From: an uncultured Acidobacteriota bacterium
GTDB taxonomy: Bacteria; Acidobacteriota; Blastocatellia; Pyrinomonadales; Pyrinomonadaceae
Direction of reading: 5' to 3'
Length of the DNA: 41,091 nucleotides
Assembly: GCA_937863115.1 (NCBI GenBank)
Contig: CALMEH010000500.1
Span: 1-41,091 of the forward strand
The position numbers and the translations under genes are program-made. Positions 27,066 to 34,931 of this stretch are shown here, piece after piece. Positions within the stretch are counted from its first letter, which is position 1. Every line of letters starts with the position of its first letter. The notes under the pieces are model-generated. The model did not search any database. It was not told where the DNA came from and saw nothing but the letters and a program-made list of their open reading frames with translations.

Positions 27066-28934
27066 TCAGACTACCGCACCCGGATAGCTGGCACCGAGTT
27101 TGTGTTCGTCGCCTTCGGCAAGTGTGCTGACTACTTCGTAATGAAAATAATCGAATCTGGCGGCAACCGGCGGTTGAACGCGCTTGTCATACATCTCACG
27201 CGAACGGTCAATCGCTTCGCGCAGACGTTCGTAAAGATCGTTTGATTCGCGTCCTTCTTTAACCTTTTGTTCATTGTAGAGTTTAATTTCCGAAACCAAA
27301 AGCCGCGCAAAACGCCGTGCGTCGTTATGCAGACGACGTTCGTCTTCGCCGACTTCAATTGGTAAATCTACATTTCTGTCGCTGAAACGGCTTCTGCTCG
27401 GCGTAGTCGCGGCAACAGTCGGTTCGCTGACCGTTTCGACAACCGGCGTTTCCATTTGCGGAACTTCAGCTTCATATTGGTTGAAATTGTTCTGCACCGG
27501 TGCAGGTTCTTCAACGGTTTGCGGTGTGTTAAATTCAAATCCGGTTGTTTCTACCTGCGGTTGTTCGATTTCTTCCGCCGGTTCAAAAGATTGGACAGGT
27601 TCAGTTTGATAATTGGTTTCAAACTGATATTCATTAACCGCTTCGTATTGACTGACTGCCGGAGTTGAATAATTTTCGGTTTCAATTTTGGTTTCGGTAT
27701 CGTAATAGCTAAATTCTTCTTTAACTTCTTCGACTTTTTCTTCTGCCGCTTCAAATTCTATCTGAGGTTTCGGAATTTCTGCCGCTTCTTCTTCAACGAC
27801 TTGATATGAAAATTCGGTTTGCGGTTCTTCGGGTATATCCGCCGGCTCGAAGGTATAAGCTTTTTCCGATTCGCTGAAAGTTTCTTCCGTTTGATAGGAA
27901 AATTCTTCCGCTTTTTCGGCTTGCGGTTCTTCCTCAACGGTAGATTCGGTTTCTTGTTGATACGAAACTTCTTCTTCGACAACAGGCGAGGTCATCACAA
28001 ACGCACTTTCGGTTGAGGGTTTTTCGACTGGCGTTTCCACTTTTGCCGGTTCGATATATGTGCTGTCCAATGCACCGCTTTCTTCCGGTTCATCGGTTCT
28101 TTCAACAGCTTCATCCGTAGTTTTTACGGTTTTTGCCGAAGCTAAAACTTCAACCGTCAAACTTGCGACACGCGCCAAAGTGTTTAAGGCTTCGCTATTG
28201 ATTTCTTCGCCTTCATTTCCGTTATCGGCGTAGAGAACCGCGACGCTTCGACCGCGCACAACGAGCGGCACGGCAAACATCCGCGACGGATGTCCGAAAT
28301 CGAGTTTGTTCAGATAAATGGAATCATCAACATAAGACCCGTAAGAACTCTCAACCGAACTCAACGACCGCACCGATTCGCCCAACACGGTTTCCGCCGC
28401 AACGGGGAAGAAAACTTCGCGCACAGTTTGTTCATCCGCATTGCCTTCGTTACCGAAAACGCGCCAACCGACAAGATGTTCGTTTTTGATAATGAAAAAC
28501 GCGCCTCGTGGTGTAAATTGTCCGGCGTGGTGAACCAAGGTTTTGAGAATCGAAGACTGCGTAGTTTTACTGCTGATGTCGCTGATTGCCGCGCTTAGTT
28601 CGGAAATTCCGGCTTTCGGCACGACAAGTTCGGCTTCTTCTTGCATCGCTTCGGCTTTTTCCATCGCCGCTACTGCAACCCTTGAACCTTCATCACGTGC
28701 CAAACGCAAATGTTCGACGACTGTTTCGGTGAAACCGGCTTCGAGCGGTTTATCTTCGCTGACACGAGCCGAAAAATCTTGAAAAACCTCATCAAGTTGA
28801 GTTTTATGTTTTTCAAATTCAGCTTCGACTCTTTCTCGAAATTGAACCATTTCCTGCCGTATTTCGGCAAGTTTATCTTTGAGACAACTCTCGAATTCGT
28901 TTCGCAAACTTAATTCGAGTTCTTCACTATTCAT
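27066..28934 (-). CDS. Hypothetical protein: N-terminal coiled coil, GAF-like domain, long acidic low-complexity region, conserved basic C-terminal helical module
   Basis: GAF-like core SILKTLVHHAGQFTPRGAFFIIKNEHLVGWRVFG....MFAVPLVVRGRSVAVLYADN. About 250 aa are rich in E/P/T/V with FSYQ-type aromatic punctuation. C-terminus RRLHNDARRFARLLVSEIKLYNEQKVKEGR... Confidence 0.8.
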   Translation of the reverse strand: MNSEELELSLRNEFESCLKDKLAEIRQEMVQFRERVEAEFEKHKTQLDEVFQDFSARVSEDKPLEAGFTETVVEHLRLARDEGSRVAVAAMEKAEAMQEEAELVVPKAGISELSAAISDISSKTTQSSILKTLVHHAGQFTPRGAFFIIKNEHLVGWRVFGNEGNADEQTVREVFFPVAAETVLGESVRSLSSVESSYGSYVDDSIYLNKLDFGHPSRMFAVPLVVRGRSVAVLYADNGNEGEEINSEALNTLARVASLTVEVLASAKTVKTTDEAVERTDEPEESGALDSTYIEPAKVETPVEKPSTESAFVMTSPVVEEEVSYQQETESTVEEEPQAEKAEEFSYQTEETFSESEKAYTFEPADIPEEPQTEFSYQVVEEEAAEIPKPQIEFEAAEEKVEEVKEEFSYYDTETKIETENYSTPAVSQYEAVNEYQFETNYQTEPVQSFEPAEEIEQPQVETTGFEFNTPQTVEEPAPVQNNFNQYEAEVPQMETPVVETVSEPTVAATTPSRSRFSDRNVDLPIEVGEDERRLHNDARRFARLLVSEIKLYNEQKVKEGRESNDLYERLREAIDRSREMYDKRVQPPVAARFDYFHYEVVSTLAEGDEHKLGASYPGAVV

Positions 28935-29058
28935 CTTTTTTCTTCTCCGTTATTTCAGAAAACACAGCACTTTGGGAAAATTATTCGGCTGGTATTAAAA
29001 GGTTAGATTTTGAATTAAAAGGACGCGCGGGCATTTTGTAGAAAATACCGCTGTTTGA

Positions 29059-29088
29059 ATTATGAACTGTTTTAGCTTTTTCTGTCAA
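29059..29088 (-). promoter_or_regulatory. Candidate sigma-70-type promoter for the 27066-28934 gene
   Basis: The minus strand reads TTGACA-N18-CATAAT (29088-29083 and 29064-29059), about 120 nt upstream of the start codon. Sequence pattern only. Confidence 0.35.
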
Positions 29089-29104
29089 GAAATAATTTTG
29101 TTAA

Positions 29105-29158
29105 AGTAGTTCGTTATTAGTTGCCAAAGAAAGATTTACCAACTAACAACGAACTACT
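29105..29158 (-). terminator. Hairpin immediately after the nfu-like gene
   Basis: The 19-nt arms agtagttcgttattagttg and caactaacaacgaactact have one mismatch and start 9 nt after the stop. The downstream T-tract is modest. Confidence 0.5.
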
Positions 29159-29166
29159 CACAACTA

Positions 29167-29736
29167 TCAAACCGCGATAACTTCGATATTTTCGTCAATT
29201 TCCTCGCGTATCATATTCTCAATCGCCATTAGCGTTCCCGTCAAACTTGACGGACAGCTTCCGCACGCGCCTTGGTAACGGATTTTCAGCGTATTATTTT
29301 CCAAATCCAAAATCTCCAACCAACCGCCGTCGCTTGCTAAGTAAGGGCGAATTCTTTCATCCAATAATTCTTCGATTTGCGCGATTTGCGGATTGTCGCT
29401 TACCGCCGCCGCGATTGCGCCGCCAACTTCTTTTGCCGCGCTTTTGCCATTACCGTTACCGTTTGAAACAGCCTCCACCGCACGAATCGGCACGGCGAGA
29501 AGCGGCAAAATTTCGTCCCAATCAGCTTCATCCGTTTTTTCGACCGTAATCATTTTGTCCATATAAAAAACGGACAAAACATCACCGACATCGAAAATTG
29601 ATTTCGCAACTTTATCTTTTTCCGCTTCTGCTTCCGATTTAAACGAATGCGAAGTGCCGTGCGAAATCGGCTCTTTCAAAATAAATTTCACCGCGTTCGG
29701 ATTCGGTGTTTCTTGTATATCTGCTATCTTTGGCAT
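29167..29736 (-). CDS. Nfu/NifU-type Fe-S cluster assembly protein (Nfu_N plus NifU C-terminal domains)
   Basis: N-terminus IQETPNPNAVKFIL (Nfu_N-like). C-terminus IRPYLASDGGWLEILDLENNTLKIRYQGACGSCPSS..T with the CxxC motif. Confidence 0.85.
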   Translation of the reverse strand: MPKIADIQETPNPNAVKFILKEPISHGTSHSFKSEAEAEKDKVAKSIFDVGDVLSVFYMDKMITVEKTDEADWDEILPLLAVPIRAVEAVSNGNGNGKSAAKEVGGAIAAAVSDNPQIAQIEELLDERIRPYLASDGGWLEILDLENNTLKIRYQGACGSCPSSLTGTLMAIENMIREEIDENIEVIAV

Positions 29737-29953
29737 TGCTTTTTTACTTCAAAAATGCAAGATTTATGAATCTTTACATTTTAGTCAACATTATAGCGCA
29801 ACTTTCCTGCATTTGCATTTCTAAACAACCTTCGGAAGTAAAAAATATTATGAAAATTATTTATTTGGAAAAAAAGGCAAGAAAAAAACGGACACAACCC
29901 AACCGCTTAGGCGATTGAGTTTTGCCGGAATAGAAGAAGAATATTTACGAAAA

Positions 29954-30003
29954 CGGCAGATTGAAACTAATCTCTTAATCAAAAAACTTTGATCAATCTG
30001 CCG
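29954..30003 (-). terminator. Terminator of the small membrane protein gene
   Basis: cggcagattga (29954-29964) pairs with tcaatctgccg (29993-30003), followed by tttt on the minus strand. Confidence 0.55.
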
Positions 30004-30011
30004 CTTCAAAA

Positions 30012-30212
30012 TTATTCGGTAATGTGTATGTCTTCGGTTTTATTAACTCGACCTGCCAAAAAGAGTCCGCCGCAGACAATTCCGATTACAATCAGAACTA
30101 CTCCGATAATCAGCGGAGTCATACTCTTAGCCGCGGCATCGCCGCCCGATAAAATTAAATAACCGGCAGCGATAAAAGAAATTAAAGCTACCAACCCATA
30201 AAGCAAATTCAT
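30012..30212 (-). CDS. Small two-TM membrane protein (66 aa)
   Basis: MNLLYGLVALISFIAAGYLIL and LIIGVVLIVIGIVCGGLFLAG helices. Strong GGAGGTG RBS 7 nt upstream of this ATG; the longer ORF-track start lacks one. Confidence 0.6.
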   Translation of the reverse strand: MNLLYGLVALISFIAAGYLILSGGDAAAKSMTPLIIGVVLIVIGIVCGGLFLAGRVNKTEDIHITE

Positions 30213-30416
30213 AAAAAACACCTCCGTTTTTTCTATTAAAAGATTAAAACTTCCGTCTGTTTCGCCTATTGCTTCGGCAAATCGAAAGCCGAAAAACAAT
30301 ATGCTTATAAACTTTCAAAACTACTTTTTTGGAATGCAATTTATAGTAACTCTATTTCAGTCAAAAACGCAAGTAAAAAGTAAAAGGTAAGTAATTGGAC
30401 AAAAATTAAAGAATCG

Positions 30417-30479
30417 TTCAGAGTCCGAACTTTAGTTTGAATCTTGCAGAATAATTCAAACTAAAGTTCGAACTCTGAA
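30417..30479 (-). terminator. 26-bp-arm palindrome (REP-like unit) downstream of the DHH gene
   Basis: ttcagagtccgaactttagtttgaat (30417-30442) pairs with attcaaactaaagttcgaactctgaa (30454-30479), with one mismatch. The same unit recurs at 39257-39304. Confidence 0.6.
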
Positions 30480-30515
30480 CAAAGCGTAAAACTTTTTTAT
30501 CAAGACTTTTTCGCT

Positions 30516-31475
30516 TTAGTCGGCAAATTGGAGTTGTTCGATTATTTCGTGCATATATTTTTTGCCCAATTCCAAATCTTCCGGTTTGAGCGATACCGCG
30601 CCGACTACGGCGTGTCCGCCGCCGCCGTATTTTTCACAAATTTCAGCAATGTTGTGTAGGCGCGGGCGCGGCGACCAAGGATTTGAACCAACCGAGATTT
30701 TTGTGCGAAACGAACTGCGCGTCAGCGAAACAGTATAAGTTGTTTCGGGGTAAAAATAATATGGAATAAATTTGTTGTAACCTTCAATTGGATGTTCGGT
30801 TAAATCGAATTTGACTACGCCGCGTTCGTATTTCGAGTTTGCTTTTATCAATTCGACCGTGTTCCAATGTTGTTCCAAAATCGGTTTCAATTTCGCTTGA
30901 ATTTCTTCGCTTTCGACGATTTCATCCAAAGATTTTTCGGTCAACCACCGGATAATTTTTTCGACAAATTTCTCATCTTTTTCGCCTTCGATAACCTGCA
31001 TCAATTTCAGCGCAGATGAACGAAGCTCGACGCATTGCGCCGGGGATTCATATAACGCGCCGTCAATTATGTGCGCCCAGTGAATTAATTCGGCTAAAGA
31101 TTCGTCTTCAAATCCGAACTTTTCTTTGGCAATTCGGGCGATAAATTCGGCGCACGATTTGCTTTGTGTGTCGAGAAATTTTTTGCCGCTCGTGTCAGCG
31201 AGAAAATGTTGTTCGTCCGGTTCGGAAAGAAACGCCGATTGATGATGGTCAAACCACCAACTCAAGCGTTCGTCGGGACAATATTTGAAATCAACAATCG
31301 CGTTCTCATCGCCGTCAAATTGTTCGCGGTCAAAAGCGTTTCCGGCGCGGTGCATCGTCGGTGTGTAGAAAACTTGTGCGTCAGAGTTGATTTTCGATTG
31401 ATAAAATTTGGTAAAAATTGCGGCAGACGAAACGCCGTCAAAACAATTTCCGTGATAAAGTATGCGAAGTTTCAT
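30516..31475 (-). CDS. DHH/DHHA1 family phosphoesterase
   Basis: YHGNCFDG near the N-terminus, WFDHHQS (DHH motif) and GGGGHAVVGA (DHHA1 GGGH motif). Confidence 0.75.
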   Translation of the reverse strand: MKLRILYHGNCFDGVSSAAIFTKFYQSKINSDAQVFYTPTMHRAGNAFDREQFDGDENAIVDFKYCPDERLSWWFDHHQSAFLSEPDEQHFLADTSGKKFLDTQSKSCAEFIARIAKEKFGFEDESLAELIHWAHIIDGALYESPAQCVELRSSALKLMQVIEGEKDEKFVEKIIRWLTEKSLDEIVESEEIQAKLKPILEQHWNTVELIKANSKYERGVVKFDLTEHPIEGYNKFIPYYFYPETTYTVSLTRSSFRTKISVGSNPWSPRPRLHNIAEICEKYGGGGHAVVGAVSLKPEDLELGKKYMHEIIEQLQFAD

Positions 31476-31564
31476 AAAATAGTCAGAACGGGAAGCGGTG
31501 GTGACCTTCTAGCCGCAAAACATTTTAGAGTAGAGAACGGACGCAGTTTCGTCAAGCGAAAATT

Positions 31565-32011
31565 ATGAATATTCGGATTGCAGAAAAACAGGACGCGCCG
31601 GCTTTGGTCGAATTTAATCAAGCAATGGCACTCGAAACCGAAGGCAAAAAATTGAATTCGGGCGTTTTGCAAAAAGGCGTTGAAGCGGTTTTTGAAGATG
31701 AAAAGAAAGGTTTTTATGTCGTGGCGGAAATGGGCGGAAAAATCATCGGCGGTTTGATGATTACGTTTGAATGGAGCGATTGGCGAAACGCTTGGTTTTG
31801 GTGGATTCAGAGCGTTTATATCTTACCCGAATATCGCGGACGAAGCATCTATCGTCTGTTGTATGAATATGTTAAGGAAAAAGCGAATGAATCAAAAAAC
31901 GTCTGCGGCTTTCGGCTTTATGTTGAAAAAGAAAACACAAACGCGCAGAAAGTTTATGAAAAACTCGGAATGGAAAGTTCGCATTATTTGATGTATGAAG
32001 AGATGATTTAA
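31565..32011 (+). CDS. GNAT family N-acetyltransferase
   Basis: 148 aa. V.PEYRGRSIYRLLYEYV motif-A-like acetyl-CoA binding segment. C-terminal A.KVYEKLGM. Confidence 0.8.
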   Translation: MNIRIAEKQDAPALVEFNQAMALETEGKKLNSGVLQKGVEAVFEDEKKGFYVVAEMGGKIIGGLMITFEWSDWRNAWFWWIQSVYILPEYRGRSIYRLLYEYVKEKANESKNVCGFRLYVEKENTNAQKVYEKLGMESSHYLMYEEMI

Positions 32012-32021
32012 AACAAAAAAA

Positions 32022-32051
32022 GCCGGAAACCGAAGTTTCCGGCGATTTTTT
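32022..32051 (+). terminator. Rho-independent terminator of the GNAT gene
   Basis: gccggaaac (32022-32030) pairs with gtttccggc (32035-32043), followed by gatttttt. Confidence 0.8.
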
Positions 32052-32491
32052 GAAAAGCAAAATCTGTAAAACGATATTGAGATATGAGATTAGAAGATGT
32101 AATGAAAAGTTCACTCGTATTAAATAGCATCGTTAAGAAAAATTTTGCTTTTCAATGCCCACTTGCAAAAAAAAACTTACAAGTCCTTGATTACTTCTGC
32201 TTACCAAAACCTGCCCTTTGTTCGTTAAAACCCGCCTTGTTCCTTCAGATTGCCAATAATCCGAAACCCGCCTTGATAACCTTTCACCACTTTTCAATAG
32301 GGCAACCGCCGTGCCAAACCTATAAAAAATGGAGTTTTAGAGAAAAAGCCTGTAAATATACAGGTTACACGGAAATTAGCAAACAATCCGCAAAATGTAT
32401 CTATTGCATACAGATTGTTATTTTTATTCGCGCTGATGTCCTGTTTTGATTCACAATGTATCAAAATGGGATTTGTGGTTAAATAGAAAAA

Positions 32492-32776
32492 GTGAACGAA
32501 ATCAGCGAAGAAAAATTTGCCGAAATTTGCGAAAAAATCCGCTCCGACCGCGAGATTATTTGCAAACACAACCCGATTGGCACGGTGGAAGAAACTCTGC
32601 TTTGGATGCTTCTCGGTGTTTTGATCAGCTATCTTTCGCTCTCCGAAATCGAAACGCCGTGTTTTACCGGCAAACCGACGGCGGAAACTTATCGGCAAGC
32701 GATTTTATTTATTTTGAAAGACAGAAAAACCGCAGATTTCGACGCGGAAAAATATTTAGAAAAATTACACGAATGA
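32492..32776 (+). CDS. Small hypothetical protein (94 aa) translationally coupled to the MBL hydrolase
   Basis: The stop TGA (32774-32776) overlaps the downstream ATG (32773-32775) in an ATGA junction. Protein-like composition. No motif recognised. Confidence 0.55.
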   Translation: MNEISEEKFAEICEKIRSDREIICKHNPIGTVEETLLWMLLGVLISYLSLSEIETPCFTGKPTAETYRQAILFILKDRKTADFDAEKYLEKLHE

Positions 32777-33465
32777 TTATCGAAACTTTTGTTTTAACAC
32801 CTTTTCAACAAAACACGCGCGTCGTTGTTTGCGAAGATACGAAAACGGCTATTTGCATTGATCCGGGCGAGCAATCGGACGCGATTGTTTCGTTTCTGAA
32901 CGACAATAATTACGAGCTTCAAGCGATAACTTTGACGCACGGACATTTTGACCACGTTGGCGGAACGACAGCTTTGCACAAGAGTTTTCCACAAGTGGAA
33001 ATCTTTTTGCACAAAGACGACGAAGAACTTTATTACAGCCTGCCCGAACAACCGCTTTTTATGGGAATTCCTCGGCATCAACTGAAAATTCTCGGTTTTG
33101 AATACGAAAATCCGCCGCGATTAACAAGAAGTTGGACGGATGGCGAGATTTACAAAGTCGGAAATTTGCGTTTTAAGATTTTGCATTGCCCGGGACACAC
33201 ACGCGGACATATCGTGATGGCGGAAGAGAAGCATAAAAAAGTTTTCGTCGGCGATTGTTTGTTTGAAGGTTCGATTGGTCGGACGGATTTGCCGGGCGGA
33301 AATTTCGAGCAATTGATGGCTTCGATAGAAAATAAAATCGTTGCGCTCGGCGATGATTTTACCGTTTATTCGGGACACGGACGCGAAACGACAATCGGAC
33401 ACGAACGGCACACAAATCCGTTTTTGACGGGCGTTTATAAAATGACGCAAGGAAGGTTTTTGTAA
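32773..33465 (+). CDS. MBL-fold metallo-hydrolase (glyoxalase II-like)
   Basis: THGHFDHVGG metal-binding motif, plus later HCPGHT and TDLPGG segments. Start set at MIIETFVL; the ORF-track N-terminal extension is basic low-complexity and overlaps the small ORF. Confidence 0.88.
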   Translation: MIIETFVLTPFQQNTRVVVCEDTKTAICIDPGEQSDAIVSFLNDNNYELQAITLTHGHFDHVGGTTALHKSFPQVEIFLHKDDEELYYSLPEQPLFMGIPRHQLKILGFEYENPPRLTRSWTDGEIYKVGNLRFKILHCPGHTRGHIVMAEEKHKKVFVGDCLFEGSIGRTDLPGGNFEQLMASIENKIVALGDDFTVYSGHGRETTIGHERHTNPFLTGVYKMTQGRFL

Positions 33466-33537
33466 AAGTAAAAAGCGTCGTTCGTAAAACAAAATTCAAA
33501 ATCAGACGCTTTTTACTTTTTACTTTTTACTTTTTAC
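33462..33537. repeat. Hairpin plus (TTTTTAC)x4 microsatellite between convergent genes
   Basis: gtaaaagtaaaaagcgtc (33462-33479) pairs with gacgctttttactttttac (33505-33523), with one indel. Four tandem tttttac units occupy 33510-33537 and overlap the globin stop codon. Confidence 0.8.
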
Positions 33538-33994
33538 TTTCAACGATGTCTTTTTCCAGACCGCCGATGGCAGCAAGAACTTCGTTTTTCTCTTTTTCGG
33601 GAACTTTGAATTTATCCAGCGTGGCAATCAGATGTTTGACGCTGATGTCCCATTCTTCTTTGGTAATTTCGAGTCCTGTATGAACGAGTTTCATATCGCG
33701 CCCTGTGTAAGCGCACGGTCCGCCCGTTGCAAGACAGAGAAAATCAATAACGTGCTGACGCAATTTTTTCATCGAATCATCGCTCAAACCGACAAAATAT
33801 TTGCCTAATTTTTTATCGGTTGCAAGCCGCGCCGCAAAATCATCCGTTACGGCGGCGAGCGCATCATAACCCCCGAGCCGTTCGTAAAGTGTTTTTTCCT
33901 TTTGCTGGGCAAACACGGACGAAGCCGAAAAAATAACTAAAGCAAAAACCGTTAGCGAAAAATATTTCAAAATCTTGTTGTTGTTTCTTTTCAT
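33527..33994 (-). CDS. glbN: Group 1 truncated haemoglobin (trHbN-like) with an N-terminal signal peptide
   Basis: LYERLGGYDA...DDFAARL...., TGGPCAYTGRDMKLVHTGL (proximal His) and Gly-Gly motifs align by eye with trHbN. Start set at MKRNNNKILKYFSLTVFALVIFSASSVFAQ with a GGAG RBS. Confidence 0.8.
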   Translation of the reverse strand: MKRNNNKILKYFSLTVFALVIFSASSVFAQQKEKTLYERLGGYDALAAVTDDFAARLATDKKLGKYFVGLSDDSMKKLRQHVIDFLCLATGGPCAYTGRDMKLVHTGLEITKEEWDISVKHLIATLDKFKVPEKEKNEVLAAIGGLEKDIVESKK

Positions 33995-34073
33995 TTTTAT
34001 CTCCGAAAAATATTGTAAAGTTAAATAAATCATTGGACTTTTCGCAGATAAAAAAGATTTGGATTCAATAAAT

Positions 34074-34113
34074 TAAAAAAACGCGCTCATCTTTTCAGAT
34101 AAGCGCGTTTTTT
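34074..34113 (-). terminator. Terminator of the fasciclin gene (symmetrical A-run/T-run)
   Basis: aaacgcgct (34079-34087) pairs with agcgcgttt (34102-34110), flanked by A7 and T6 runs. Confidence 0.75.
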
Positions 34114-34142
34114 CAGCTCAAAATATAGAAAGGAGAATTTCT

Positions 34143-34679
34143 TTATTTGGGCATAACAACTGTATCAATAACGTGAATCACGCCGTTAGAACCTTTCAAA
34201 TCAACAGCCGTAATTTTTGATTTGCCGCCTTTTTCGTCAGTCAAAATAACTGAAGAACCTTCCAATGTCGCAGTCAGCATTCCGCCTTGAACGGTTTTCA
34301 ACATGGCTTTTCCTTTTCCTTTTTTGATTGCTTTCAAAACTTTCTTTGAATCAAAATTTCCGGCAACAACGTGATAAGTCAGAATCGTCGTTAATAAACC
34401 TTTGTTTTCAGGTTTCAGAAGCGTTGCCACCGTTCCTGCCGGAAGCGCGTCGAAAGCCGCATTGGACGGTGCAAAAATTGTGAAAGGTCCTTTACCTGAC
34501 AAAGTTTCAACCAAACCTGCCGCTTTAACTGCCGCAACCAAAGTTGTGTGATCAGCGGAACCAACGGCAATATCAACAACAGTTTTTTTGCTGCTGTTCA
34601 TCGTTTGCGCCGAAACGCTGCTTAACCCGAAAACGAAAACGCCTGTAACCATCAAAATCGCAATAACTAAATTTTTCAT
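34143..34679 (-). CDS. Secreted fasciclin (FAS1) domain protein
   Basis: Signal peptide. TLVAAVKAAGLVETLSGKGPFTIFAPSNAAFDALP.GT...LL and TYHVV motifs; the C-terminal NGVIHVIDTVVMP is classic FAS1. Confidence 0.88.
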   Translation of the reverse strand: MKNLVIAILMVTGVFVFGLSSVSAQTMNSSKKTVVDIAVGSADHTTLVAAVKAAGLVETLSGKGPFTIFAPSNAAFDALPAGTVATLLKPENKGLLTTILTYHVVAGNFDSKKVLKAIKKGKGKAMLKTVQGGMLTATLEGSSVILTDEKGGKSKITAVDLKGSNGVIHVIDTVVMPK

Positions 34680-34931
34680 TATTATATTTCCTCTCAATTT
34701 ATTTGTTAAATATTAAAGACAAACCTCGCCTTTTGATTTTGATTTCGACATAAGTTTCAAATCGGATTCAAAAAAAAAGTTTTTTTTCCAAACACAGCTA
34801 AATTTTAGAAAAATTTACATTTTTTTAGCTAAATTAAGGACTTATGGATTAAAGATTAGATAGGATAAAGTTACTTAGGAACATTGTGTAGAACAATTTC
34901 TCCGTATCTTTTAGTTTTAAGAAAGGGAAAA

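Noticed and set aside
26552-27245. ORFs 26552-26734 and 26916-27245 in the long intergenic gap
   Set aside because: They run through the inverted-repeat element, the terminator and the 3' end of the opposite-strand gene. No RBS and non-protein-like composition.
32084-32449. 121-aa ORF with KPAL repeats
   Set aside because: It has no RBS and an atypical Cys/Lys/Phe-rich composition. The peptide repeats are simply the translation of the AAACCYGCCTTG DNA repeats. Treated as non-coding.
33510-33537. Possible CRISPR or other spaced repeat array
   Set aside because: The units are contiguous 7-mers with no spacers. No repeat-spacer architecture or cas genes appear anywhere in the window.
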